A DNA stretch of 64,000 nucleotides, taken from the NCBI GenBank assembly GCA_045648505.1, contig JAZROD010000060.1:45904-109903 (forward strand). The letters run 5' to 3'. Positions 20,769 through 29,799 of the stretch are shown here, one piece after another. The position numbers and the translations under genes are program-made. This stretch comes from Clostridia bacterium (GTDB taxonomy: Bacteria > Bacillota > Clostridia > RGIG6154). The notes under the pieces are model-generated. The model saw nothing but the letters and a program-made list of their open reading frames with translations, made no database searches and was not told where the DNA came from. Every line of letters begins with the position of its first letter. The stretch's first letter is position 1.

Positions 20769-22076
20769 ATGAAAAAATTAACGGCAATTGTTATTGGTGC
20801 AGGCGGAAGAGGTATGGGTTATACCAAAATTATGCACGATATGGAAGATAAATTTGAACTTGTGGGTATTGCAGAGCCGGTTCCTGAAAGAGTGGAATTT
20901 GAGCTTTCACATTTCCCAAATGTTCCAAAAGAAAATATATATGACACTTGGGAAAAGATTTTAGACAGACCTAAATTTGCAGATTTTGCACTTATTGCAA
21001 CACAGGACCAGATGCACATAGGTCCTGCACTTAAGGCAATCGAGCTTGGTTATGATATTCTTCTTGAAAAACCAATCGCTCCAACACCTGAAGAATGTAA
21101 AAAAATTGCAGAAGCAGCAAAAGCAAAAGGCGTTAAAGTTCTTGTTTGCCATGTTTTAAGATACACACCATTATACTCAACTCTTAAAAAGCTTTTAGAT
21201 GAAGGAAAAATCGGAAGACTTATGTCTGTTCAGGCACTAGAACCTGTTGGTAACAGACATATGGCTCATAGCTTTGTAAGAGGTAAATGGGGAAACAGTG
21301 AAACAAGCTGTCCTATGATTCTTGCAAAATGCTGCCACGATACAGATATTATTCAGTGGCTTGTAGGTTCACCTTGTAAAAAAGTTTCTTCATTCGGTAA
21401 TCTTTCATACTTCACAAAAGAAAACAAGCCTGAAGGAGCTCCTTCAAGATGTACAGAAGATTGTCCTCACAGAGAAGAATGTGTATTTGATGTTAAAAAG
21501 CTTTATATGGACAATAAATATATGGGTGGAACCTGGTTCAGAGAAACTGCAACAGATTCTGTAAATGTAACAGATGAAGAAATGTGGGCATCACTTCACG
21601 AAACCAACTACGGAACATGTATTTTTGAGGCAAACAACAATGTTGTTGACCATCAGGTTGTTAATATGGAATTTGAAAACGGTGCAACCGCTTCTCTTAC
21701 AATGACAGCCTTTTCTCCTGACGGTGCAGGAAGAGCAATAAGACTTTTTGGTACAGAAGGTATGCTTGAAGTTACAGGAAACGGCAGTAACATTTTCTAC
21801 ACAAAATTTGGTCAGAGAGTTGAAGACCAGTGGGGAGACAAGGTTTCAGAAGAAATTGACTTCCGTTCAAGCGGTAACGATGTTACATCAGGTCACGGCG
21901 GCGGCGATGCAGGTCTTCTTTATGCACTTTATGAATACTTCACAGGTACATATACAGGTAATGCGGCATCAACTGCAGAAATCTCTTACCTTAACCACCT
22001 TATAAGCTTCGGCGCAGAAGAATCAAGAGTAACAGACAAGGTAATAACAATTGAAGAATATTCAAAGAATTTATAA
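20769..22076 (+). CDS. Gfo/Idh/MocA-family oxidoreductase with Cys-rich C-terminal domain (paralog 2)
   Basis: ~80% identical to the 18217 gene by eye. Same CCHDTDIIQWL and SRCTEDCPHREEC motifs. Confidence 0.75.
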   Translation: MKKLTAIVIGAGGRGMGYTKIMHDMEDKFELVGIAEPVPERVEFELSHFPNVPKENIYDTWEKILDRPKFADFALIATQDQMHIGPALKAIELGYDILLEKPIAPTPEECKKIAEAAKAKGVKVLVCHVLRYTPLYSTLKKLLDEGKIGRLMSVQALEPVGNRHMAHSFVRGKWGNSETSCPMILAKCCHDTDIIQWLVGSPCKKVSSFGNLSYFTKENKPEGAPSRCTEDCPHREECVFDVKKLYMDNKYMGGTWFRETATDSVNVTDEEMWASLHETNYGTCIFEANNNVVDHQVVNMEFENGATASLTMTAFSPDGAGRAIRLFGTEGMLEVTGNGSNIFYTKFGQRVEDQWGDKVSEEIDFRSSGNDVTSGHGGGDAGLLYALYEYFTGTYTGNAASTAEISYLNHLISFGAEESRVTDKVITIEEYSKNL

Positions 22077-22178
22077 TTTAAAAGCACCCGAAAGCATCTT
22101 GCGTCAGGGTGCTTTCTTCTTGACTATGTGAGATAAATATGGTAATATAAGTTATAATTTTTAGAGAGGAACTTTATT

Positions 22179-23549
22179 ATGGAAAGAGAAAAACTTAAAA
22201 GCCGACTTGGGTTTATTTTAATAAGCGCAGGTTGTGCAATTGGTATAGGAAACGTGTGGAAGTTTCCTTGGATGGCAGGTCAGTACGGCGGAGGTATTTT
22301 TGTACTTATCTATCTTATCTGTCTGCTTGTTATGGGTGTTCCTGCACTTACAACAGAATTCGCTCTTGGCAGAAAAAGCCAGAAGAGTCCTGTTAAACTT
22401 TATCAGGCACTTGAAAGACCGGGTCAGAAATGGCACATTCACGGTTATATTGCATATTTAGGAAACATTATTCTTCTTATGTTCTATACAATGGTAGCAG
22501 GCTGGATGGTTCAGTATTTCGTTCTTACTGCAACAGGTACTTTTGTTGGTATGGACAATGCTGCAATCGGCGGTGTATTTGATGGTGTGCTTCAGAATCC
22601 GTCATCATTACTCCTTTACACAGGTATTGTTGTTGCAATAAGCACAGTTGTTTGCGCAATGGGACTTCAGAATGGTCTTGAAAATGTTTCAAAGGTTATG
22701 ATGATTTCGCTTCTTGTGATTATGGTTGTGCTTGCAGTTAACAGCATATTCCTTCCGGGTGCTGCAGAAGGTCTTAAATTCTACCTTCTTCCTGATTTTG
22801 CACAGTTTGCAGAAAAAGGATTCATAAATGTTCTTGTTGCGGCTATGAATCAGGCATTCTTCACATTGAGTGTTGGTATGGGAAGTATGGCTATTTTCGG
22901 CAGTTACATCGGAAAAGACAGAGCATTGATGGGTGAAGCGGTAAGAGTATCTCTTCTTGATACATTTGTTGCAATCACAGCAGGTCTTATTATTTTCCCT
23001 GCTTGCTTTGCTTATAATGTTGATGTTGGCGCAGGCCCAAGCCTTATTTTCGTAACACTTCCAAATATCTTCAATAATATGCCGTTTGGTAGAGTATGGG
23101 GAAGCTTCTTCTTTGTATTTATGACATTTGCGGCGGCTTCAACTGTATTTGCAGTTCTTGAAAATATTATTTCATGCACAATGGAACTTACAGGCTGGAA
23201 AAGACTTAAAGCAAGTATACTTTCAGGTATTTTAGTATTCGTTCTTTCAATTCCTTGTATTTTAGGCTTTAATGTATGGTCAAATGTTACAATTTTAAAC
23301 GGTGCTAAAAACATTATGGATATTGAAGATTTGCTTGTTTCAAATATCATTCTTCCTCTTGGTGCCCTCGTATATGTTGTGTTCTGCACAACAAGATGGG
23401 GTATTGGCTGGAAGCAGTTTACTGAAGAAGCAAACACAGGTAAAGGTATGAAGGTTGCAAACTGGATGAGAGGTTATATGACTTTTGTTCTTCCTGTTAT
23501 TATTCTTGTTATCTTTGTTCTTGGTATGATCAGTTATTTTAATGTATGA
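22179..23549 (+). CDS. Neurotransmitter:sodium symporter (NSS/SNF) family transporter
   Basis: N-terminal NSS signature GCAIGIGNVWKFPWMAGQYGGG. About 12 TM helices. Confidence 0.85.
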   Translation: MEREKLKSRLGFILISAGCAIGIGNVWKFPWMAGQYGGGIFVLIYLICLLVMGVPALTTEFALGRKSQKSPVKLYQALERPGQKWHIHGYIAYLGNIILLMFYTMVAGWMVQYFVLTATGTFVGMDNAAIGGVFDGVLQNPSSLLLYTGIVVAISTVVCAMGLQNGLENVSKVMMISLLVIMVVLAVNSIFLPGAAEGLKFYLLPDFAQFAEKGFINVLVAAMNQAFFTLSVGMGSMAIFGSYIGKDRALMGEAVRVSLLDTFVAITAGLIIFPACFAYNVDVGAGPSLIFVTLPNIFNNMPFGRVWGSFFFVFMTFAAASTVFAVLENIISCTMELTGWKRLKASILSGILVFVLSIPCILGFNVWSNVTILNGAKNIMDIEDLLVSNIILPLGALVYVVFCTTRWGIGWKQFTEEANTGKGMKVANWMRGYMTFVLPVIILVIFVLGMISYFNV

Positions 23550-23758
23550 TGAAAAAAGGAATTTACAAGCATTATAAAGGCAATATGTATGAACTTTTAC
23601 ATATTGCAAACCACAGTGAAACACTTGAGAAAATGGTGGTCTATAAAGCCCTGTATGGTGATGGGGAAATATGGGTCCGCCCTGCTTCAATGTGGGACGA
23701 AGAAATAGAAATAGACGGAAAAATCTGTAAAAGGTTTGAGCTTGTTGAAGAATTGTGA
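23546..23758 (+). CDS. DUF1653-like small protein
   Basis: 70 aa, YKHYKGNMYELL ... WVRP motif. Overlaps the transporter stop by 4 nt. Confidence 0.55.
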   Translation: MMKKGIYKHYKGNMYELLHIANHSETLEKMVVYKALYGDGEIWVRPASMWDEEIEIDGKICKRFELVEEL

Positions 23759-23774
23759 AGCATTAGCTTCATTG

Positions 23775-23808
23775 AAAAAAAGGCTATTCGGAAGAATAGC
23801 CTTTTTTC
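23775..23808 (+). terminator. rho-independent terminator
   Basis: aggctattc-ggaa-gaatagcct followed by a T-run. Confidence 0.7.
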
Positions 23809-23845
23809 TAAAAACTCTCAGGGTTCGATTCCCTCTGTAATAAAA

Positions 23846-23875
23846 AACAGCTATCAGAAGATAGCTGTTTTTTTG
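23846..23875 (+). terminator. second rho-independent terminator
   Basis: aacagctatc-agaa-gatagctgtt followed by a T-run. Confidence 0.6.
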
Positions 23876-24058
23876 GATAATAACGAATATTTTGATAGAA
23901 TTTATATTAGGGGGTTCACGGGCGCCAAAGGGGTGCCATTTTGCGGTTAGGGGTGCCAAATTCGATGATTACTCTATTATAAGCTTTTGTTGATACTTAT
24001 TGTATGTAGACTAATTGTATTCAAAGAGCTATAATATATACAATTGGAGGATTATAAA

Positions 24059-24268
24059 ATGGATATTGTAAAAGTTTTTGGAAATAATCTTAAAAAATAT
24101 CGTACTGCTATGGGAATTTCGCAAGAATCTTTTGCCGATAAATGCGGTATGCATCGAACCTATATAAGTGCAATTGAATGCTACCGAAGAAGCATATCTC
24201 TTGAAAACATACAGAGAATAGCAGATGCTCTTGAAATTGAAACTTACAAGTTATTCAAGGAGGAATAA
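24059..24268 (+). CDS. Controller (C) protein of R-M system, XRE-family HTH
   Basis: ~70-aa HTH_XRE (LKKYRTAMGISQESFADKCGMHRTYISAIE). It sits 2 nt upstream of the putative REase gene, the classic C-R arrangement. GGAGG RBS precedes the ATG at 24059. Confidence 0.65.
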   Translation: MDIVKVFGNNLKKYRTAMGISQESFADKCGMHRTYISAIECYRRSISLENIQRIADALEIETYKLFKEE

Positions 24269-24270
24269 AT

Positions 24271-24873
24271 ATGAAGATGACAAAGACAGATTTATTTTTA
24301 AAATTAGCAAATCCAAATAAAGAGGGTATTAGTAGATGGGTCAGTGTGACAGAATTTGTAGGTGAATACGCTGAACTTAAATTTGGAAACGGAGCTTCTT
24401 GGGCAAGAAAGGAATCAACTCTTGCCAAAAAATACATAATAGAATTTGATAAAACCATTACTTCTGGTAATGGAATAGACCGCTTAAGACTAAACGGATT
24501 CAATGACGGGGATTATTCCCAACATATCCGAGCTGATATCAAGAAGACTGTCGGTGCTCAACGTTGTGTTGTGTTAGGTACTTCAAAGCCAGAGGTTGAC
24601 CACAAAAATGGAATGAAAAACGAAGATAGAGTTATGCGTAATGAAGACCAAAAATTATCTGATTTTCAACCATTAAGCAAAGCTGCTAATGATGCGAAAC
24701 GTCAGTATTGTAAAGAGTGCCGAAGAACAGGAATCAGATATGATGCTAAAAAATTAGGATACCCTATGTCTTATTATGCTGGAGGAACTAAACATAATAT
24801 GGAAGAGGATGCCTGTGTGGGTTGTTATTGGTACGACCCATTGGAGTTCAAAAAACATTTAAAGCAAAAATAA
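24271..24873 (+). CDS. Putative type II restriction endonuclease (HNH/beta-beta-alpha-Me-like with Cys4 zinc motif)
   Basis: The 200-aa protein carries EVDHKNG ... N ... CKEC ... CVGC. It is downstream of the C-protein gene and convergent with two DNA methyltransferases. Confidence 0.45.
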   Translation: MKMTKTDLFLKLANPNKEGISRWVSVTEFVGEYAELKFGNGASWARKESTLAKKYIIEFDKTITSGNGIDRLRLNGFNDGDYSQHIRADIKKTVGAQRCVVLGTSKPEVDHKNGMKNEDRVMRNEDQKLSDFQPLSKAANDAKRQYCKECRRTGIRYDAKKLGYPMSYYAGGTKHNMEEDACVGCYWYDPLEFKKHLKQK

Positions 24874-24895
24874 TGCAAAAGGTGAAGTAGTCGTT

Positions 24896-25681
24896 CTACT
24901 TCACCTTTTTAAATATAAATATGTATTCGTGGTCAAATAAATAGAAATCACTTGCTAATGCCCTATACCGCCATATTGCTTCTTGATTTAATTTTCCTTT
25001 TGTTCTATCAAAATTTTTAACAAGAATCGCTTTCATCATAAAGCCTCTTTCAAGAAAAAGATTCATACAATGAAAGCCCAATGGAACGATTTGACTGTTG
25101 GCATATTTGTCTCCCATAACAACAGCACAATATCTGTTTTTTTCCAAATATTGAGTTGTATTATCAATAACCTGTCCGAACGAATTTAAAAATCCTTCCA
25201 ATGATTCTTCATTAGAGAGGTCTTCTGTATTTTCTGAAAATTTAATTATATCCCAATAAGGAGGATGCATAATAGCAAACTGATATTTTTTAATCCCGTA
25301 TTTTCCTAACAATTCAGACATATTAATACTTTTGCTATTACCGACAACAACATTAGTTGAACATTCAGAGTTTTTCTCAAGCATCATCCTCTCGTACGCT
25401 TCCTTCGCCACATTTGGTTGTAATTCAATACCAATAGAATTACGTCCCATTCGTTGTGCTTCAATAAGGGAAGTGCCACTCCCCATAAAAGGGTCAAGAA
25501 TCCAATCACCCTTTTTTGTATATCTTTTATAAAGTTGACGCGGAACTTGAGGAATGAAGTTTCCGTGATAGTTTGCATTGTGAACCCCTGAATTTTCTCG
25601 TTTGAACAACCACAAAGATGTAGTTAAAATGTCGGTGTATTCACGCCACTTTTTAGGGTCTAAATCATTATACCAAGCCAT
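24896..25681 (-). CDS. DNA methyltransferase (N6-adenine or N4-cytosine, amino-MTase)
   Basis: Motif I DPFMGSGTS and motif IV HPPYW. Start taken at MAWYND with an AAGGAG RBS; the ATG lies 1 nt after the stop of the C5-MTase gene. Confidence 0.8.
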   Translation of the reverse strand: MAWYNDLDPKKWREYTDILTTSLWLFKRENSGVHNANYHGNFIPQVPRQLYKRYTKKGDWILDPFMGSGTSLIEAQRMGRNSIGIELQPNVAKEAYERMMLEKNSECSTNVVVGNSKSINMSELLGKYGIKKYQFAIMHPPYWDIIKFSENTEDLSNEESLEGFLNSFGQVIDNTTQYLEKNRYCAVVMGDKYANSQIVPLGFHCMNLFLERGFMMKAILVKNFDRTKGKLNQEAIWRYRALASDFYLFDHEYIFIFKKVK

Positions 25682-25682
25682 T

Positions 25683-26957
25683 TCATTCTCCTTGTTGATC
25701 GTCATCAAGATTCTTGAGACTCTTCATAACAGCCACACCTATTGCTTTTCCTAAAAGACAAGGAACCGCATTACCTATTTGAACTAATTGCCATTTTTTT
25801 GTTCCCTGAAAAATAAAATCATCGGGGAATGATTGCAGGGCAGCAAGTTCTCTCGGAGTAAGTACTCTTGGAAGTTTAGGATGAATATTTACACCGCCAT
25901 GATTTTCCTTTACCGTACAAGATGGCTTATCCCAAGGAGATTTTTTCCAAGCATCAGAATAATTTCCATATAGACTTTGACCTTCGGGTAAAGCTTTAAT
26001 TTGTTCAATCATTTTATCTGAGTGTCTTGTGAATATATGGTTGATTTGCTTGTTTTCGGGGATGGACATAAAACGCTTAATCCCTTCGCCTAAGGTAACA
26101 TAATTATCAGATGAAAATAATGCTTTAGGATGATAGTTTGTCAAGCCATGTTTATTTCCTATGAAAATAACTCTTTTTCTAATCTGCGGAACACCATAAT
26201 CTGCACTATTAAGAACAGTTACATTAATATCGTAGCCAGCTTCTTTATAATCGCTTATAATTTTTGCCTCAACCTTACCATCAAGCATTGAACGCAATCC
26301 TTCGACATTTTCCATTACAACAAAATCCGGTTGAACTTTTTTCACTATCTCAAGCATTTCCAAATACAAACTGTTTCTTGGGTCTGTAACAACTCTATGT
26401 CCAGCCATACTGAAACCTTGACAAGGGAATCCTCCGACTATTAAATGGATGTGCTTGTCCTTTATAGAAGCGTAAAGTTTTTCCTTAACGCTTTCTTCTC
26501 TTATGTCTCTTGTTTCTACATTTTCATCAAAACCTTTTTTTTCAACGAAATTGTGCTTATATGTAGATACAGCTTCAGGCATAATTTCCACACTACCAAC
26601 AGGAGTAAACCCAGCCATTGTAAGACCACAGCTAAGACCACCTGCACCAGCAAATAAGTCTATGAAATTATAACCATTTCTATATTCTTTATTTGACCAT
26701 CCATCAAAAACCCATTTATCCGAGATGTCTATCCACTTCACTTCATCACATTGTTCATCTACAATGGTTTCATTGAATATATTATCCTTTTCTGGGTCGA
26801 GATCTGATATTAGCCATTTGTCGTAGGCTTCTTTAGTAATACGATACCTATTACCAACTTTATCTGCTTTTAATTTCCCGGCAGCAATATGTCTACGGAT
26901 GGTTTTTTGACTTTGGTTAGACATTTCAGACACTTCCGCTATTGAATAAAACTGCAT
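25683..26957 (-). CDS. DNA (cytosine-5)-methyltransferase with N-terminal HTH domain
   Basis: Motif I FIDLFAGAGGLSCG, motif IV GGFPCQGFS, ENV motif. The N-terminal ~60 aa are MerR/excisionase-like HTH. Confidence 0.9.
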   Translation of the reverse strand: MQFYSIAEVSEMSNQSQKTIRRHIAAGKLKADKVGNRYRITKEAYDKWLISDLDPEKDNIFNETIVDEQCDEVKWIDISDKWVFDGWSNKEYRNGYNFIDLFAGAGGLSCGLTMAGFTPVGSVEIMPEAVSTYKHNFVEKKGFDENVETRDIREESVKEKLYASIKDKHIHLIVGGFPCQGFSMAGHRVVTDPRNSLYLEMLEIVKKVQPDFVVMENVEGLRSMLDGKVEAKIISDYKEAGYDINVTVLNSADYGVPQIRKRVIFIGNKHGLTNYHPKALFSSDNYVTLGEGIKRFMSIPENKQINHIFTRHSDKMIEQIKALPEGQSLYGNYSDAWKKSPWDKPSCTVKENHGGVNIHPKLPRVLTPRELAALQSFPDDFIFQGTKKWQLVQIGNAVPCLLGKAIGVAVMKSLKNLDDDQQGE

Positions 26958-27235
26958 ATAAATCCTCCTAATTGGTCATTGTGTCCATTATACATGTTTT
27001 TTGTCCAATTGTCAAGTACTTGGCTATGCAGAATATATAAATTAAACGAATACCATAAAATAAACTTTTACCCCATAAATTAAACGATTTCAATTTATAA
27101 AGGCATAATTTTTAAACAATTAACATTTTGATAAGCATTTTAAAAGTCTACAAAACATAAGATTCCTCGAAAACCGCATCGTTACTGCGTTTTTAAGAAA
27201 TAAAAAAAACAAACTATTCTATCAAAATAGTCTGT

Positions 27236-27263
27236 CTTTTTTGGTGCAGGTGGTGGGAAACGA
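27236..27263. repeat. attL: partial direct copy of the tRNA-Leu 3' end
   Basis: cttttttggtgcaggtggtgggaaacga matches 33694-33720 (cctttttggtgcaggtggtgggaatcga) with 1-2 mismatches. Confidence 0.8.
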
Positions 27264-27356
27264 TAGGCTTTAAACCCTTTATTTAAAGGTTTTTTGAAAT
27301 TTTACTGTTGCCAATATGTTGCCTATGAAATAATTTTAAACGATTTCAAGTTGATT

Positions 27357-28529
27357 TTATACTGCTATTTCTGGGTATGGGTGACCGATTGTAAGACCTT
27401 CATTTTGAAGTATAGCATCAATCTTTGATATGTTGTCCTCGATATAGTCCTTTGTAGCATAGAAATATGTGTTCATTGTGATACTTATATCTGTGTGTCC
27501 CATTATCTCTTGAAGGACTTTAGGCGGCATACCTGCCTCTGCACATCTTGTACCGAATGTGTGACGGAGAGAGTGCAGGTCGATTTTTCCGTCTGTGATT
27601 GTTTCATCAAGTATGTTATATTTCTTTAGTGTTCTTCTGAACTGTGCATTTACTTGTGATGTAGTAACCATTTTGTCATTATGAGTAAAAATAAGACCTT
27701 GCTTTTTATCTCTTATGCAGTCCTGGAGCAGTTCTCTAACTGCATCTGTCATTGTTAGTGTTCTTATACCTGCTTTTGTTTTTGTGGTATCACTTAGGAG
27801 AGCCTCTCCCTTTTGTCCTCTTGATATGGTTCTTTTAATTGTTATGCGGTTAAAATTAAAGTTTACATCTTCAACAAACAATGCGTTTATCTCTCCCATG
27901 CGGAAACCAAGAGCAAGAGAAAGGAGCATCTGTCTTGAATAGTTTATATCTTCGTTTTTTAAAACCTCTATGAGTTTTTTCTGTTCGTCTTTGGTTAATG
28001 CTCTTACTTTTGCCGTTTCTTTCTTTGAGTGAGGTTTTTTAATATACTGCATAGGATTGTCTGTTATTATTTTTCTGTGTGTTGCCTCTTTAAAGGTTTT
28101 ATTTAAAAGCTCAAAGAATTTATTGATAACTGATTGTGAATAATGCAGATTGTTGTTTAAAAAGTTTTTCAGCTGTGTTTCGTGTGCCTCTTGCAGAGGT
28201 GTGTTATAAATCGGTGCTAATATTTTGAGTGTTTCCAAGTGCCGATAATATGACGGCTCTTTTATCTCGTTCTGATTAAGCTTATCATCAAGCATCTGTT
28301 TCGCAAGGCTGTATATGGTTATACCGCTTTTGTCAATAAATGTACCGGTGTAGATTTGAAATTCAACAGCTTTTAACTTTGCCTTTACATCAGCTTTTGT
28401 GCTACCGTACACAGTTTTTCTTTTTCTTCTGCCTTTTTCATCAAAGCCGACAGTTATTTGACCTACATATAAGCTTCTCTTTTCGTCAAAATAAATAGCT
28501 CCGTCTCCTTTTGACCGTCTTTTAGCCAT
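27357..28529 (-). CDS. int: Tyrosine-type site-specific integrase
   Basis: C-terminal catalytic region HSLRHTFGTRCAEAG ... GHTDISITMNTYFY (R..H-x-x-R..H..Y). It lies just inside attL. Confidence 0.9.
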   Translation of the reverse strand: MAKRRSKGDGAIYFDEKRSLYVGQITVGFDEKGRRKRKTVYGSTKADVKAKLKAVEFQIYTGTFIDKSGITIYSLAKQMLDDKLNQNEIKEPSYYRHLETLKILAPIYNTPLQEAHETQLKNFLNNNLHYSQSVINKFFELLNKTFKEATHRKIITDNPMQYIKKPHSKKETAKVRALTKDEQKKLIEVLKNEDINYSRQMLLSLALGFRMGEINALFVEDVNFNFNRITIKRTISRGQKGEALLSDTTKTKAGIRTLTMTDAVRELLQDCIRDKKQGLIFTHNDKMVTTSQVNAQFRRTLKKYNILDETITDGKIDLHSLRHTFGTRCAEAGMPPKVLQEIMGHTDISITMNTYFYATKDYIEDNISKIDAILQNEGLTIGHPYPEIAV

Positions 28530-28712
28530 AAAAAATACACTCCTTTGTAATTTTATAAATTGACATTAAGAGTGCAATATGATATACTTTTCTTGCTGTA
28601 GAAGAGTATATTTTATATATGCACTCTATGCTGAACTGTCCTTATTGCCGTAAGGGCAGTTCTTTTTTTATTCTCTTCTCCGCTTCCTAAAGAAACATAA
28701 GAAGCGGTAATG

Positions 28713-29042
28713 TTATAAAATAGCTTTTATATTATCCCTTAATTGCGGAAAGTCTGATGTTACTGTAAGATAGACATCTTGCATGTGCAGTGTTTGGTAC
28801 TTATGCGCCGCAATATCTCTAAACCCTGCTATGTTTCGCCAAGGAATGTTTTTATGTTCTGTTCGCAGTTCATCAGAAAGAGCCTTTACAAGCTCACCTA
28901 TGTTTATTACTGTCATACAGATTGCTCGTTTTAATATTTCGTCTTTGTTAAACTCTTCAAAGGTTTTTGTGTTTATCATATCAAGCGCAATTTCTGTTTC
29001 GCTTATAATCTTTTTCAGTATTGTCATATCTCTATGCTGCAT
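28713..29042 (-). CDS. hepT: HepT-like nucleotidyltransferase-substrate-binding toxin (DUF86)
   Basis: R-x4-H-x-Y motif (RDIAAHKY). Overlaps the mntA stop by 11 nt. Confidence 0.75.
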   Translation of the reverse strand: MQHRDMTILKKIISETEIALDMINTKTFEEFNKDEILKRAICMTVINIGELVKALSDELRTEHKNIPWRNIAGFRDIAAHKYQTLHMQDVYLTVTSDFPQLRDNIKAIL

Positions 29043-29319
29043 AAATTTCCACCACCTTTTCAGGTTTTATCAATGAATTTTCAGGAAGCGGAGAATGTAT
29101 AACATCAACATCAACTCCTAGCAATTCTTCAATTCTGTTTTTAATCTCGGCAAGTATAAAGAGAGATACTGCCGTTGTGCTAAATTCAATCAATAAGTCA
29201 ACATCACTTTCAGGTGTGTTTCTTTCTTCTGCATAAGATCCGAAAAGCATTATGCGTGTTATCGGATATTCACAAGCAACTTTTTGTGTGGCTGTTATAA
29301 TCTGTTGTAGTGTAAGCAT
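29032..29319 (-). CDS. mntA: MntA-like minimal nucleotidyltransferase antitoxin
   Basis: GS-x9-13-DxD motif (LFGSYAEERNTPESDVDLLIEF). Confidence 0.75.
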   Translation of the reverse strand: MLTLQQIITATQKVACEYPITRIMLFGSYAEERNTPESDVDLLIEFSTTAVSLFILAEIKNRIEELLGVDVDVIHSPLPENSLIKPEKVVEIYAA

Positions 29320-29399
29320 TATATCAACTCCTATATTTTTATTTTATCCGCTCCGTTTTGGTTTATGTCGGTGATGCAGTTCTGCATCAGCAGGAGCGG

Positions 29400-29759
29400 T
29401 TAATTATTTTGTTCTTTTCTCCTTAATAGTTCGTCTATATGTCCTATCGCATTAAACCAACCTGAAGAAAGAACAAAAATAACATTTGTGAAATCGATTA
29501 TAATACCAAAAACTGAACGATATTGAGGAAAATATTTTATTGACCATACGATATTAAAGCCATAAAGAAAGAAACCTATAAGTGTAAGTAAAGCAATAAA
29601 GAATATTCTTGCTCTTGGTGCGTAGTGCTTATTTATAAATAGCATACCAGGTATATAATAACAAAAGCTTACAACAACAGGAAGATGAACATTGTTATAA
29701 CAAAACAACAATGCTATAAGACCTAAAACAAAAGCAAAAAAAGATTTGATTGTACCCAT
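29400..29759 (-). CDS. Small integral membrane protein (3-4 TM), function unknown
   Basis: 119-aa hydrophobic ORF between the cI-like repressor gene and the TA pair. No recognisable motif. Confidence 0.4.
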   Translation of the reverse strand: MGTIKSFFAFVLGLIALLFCYNNVHLPVVVSFCYYIPGMLFINKHYAPRARIFFIALLTLIGFFLYGFNIVWSIKYFPQYRSVFGIIIDFTNVIFVLSSGWFNAIGHIDELLRRKEQNN

Positions 29760-29799
29760 AATAACACTCTCCTTTATGTGTTTTTATATTTTTAAAGTC

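Noticed and set aside
23817-23841. tRNA T-arm look-alike ctcagggttcgattccctctg between the two terminators
   Set aside because: No D-arm, anticodon arm or acceptor pairing around it. The orientation is opposite to the tRNA-Leu att repeat. It is probably chance or a very short remnant, not a tRNA gene.
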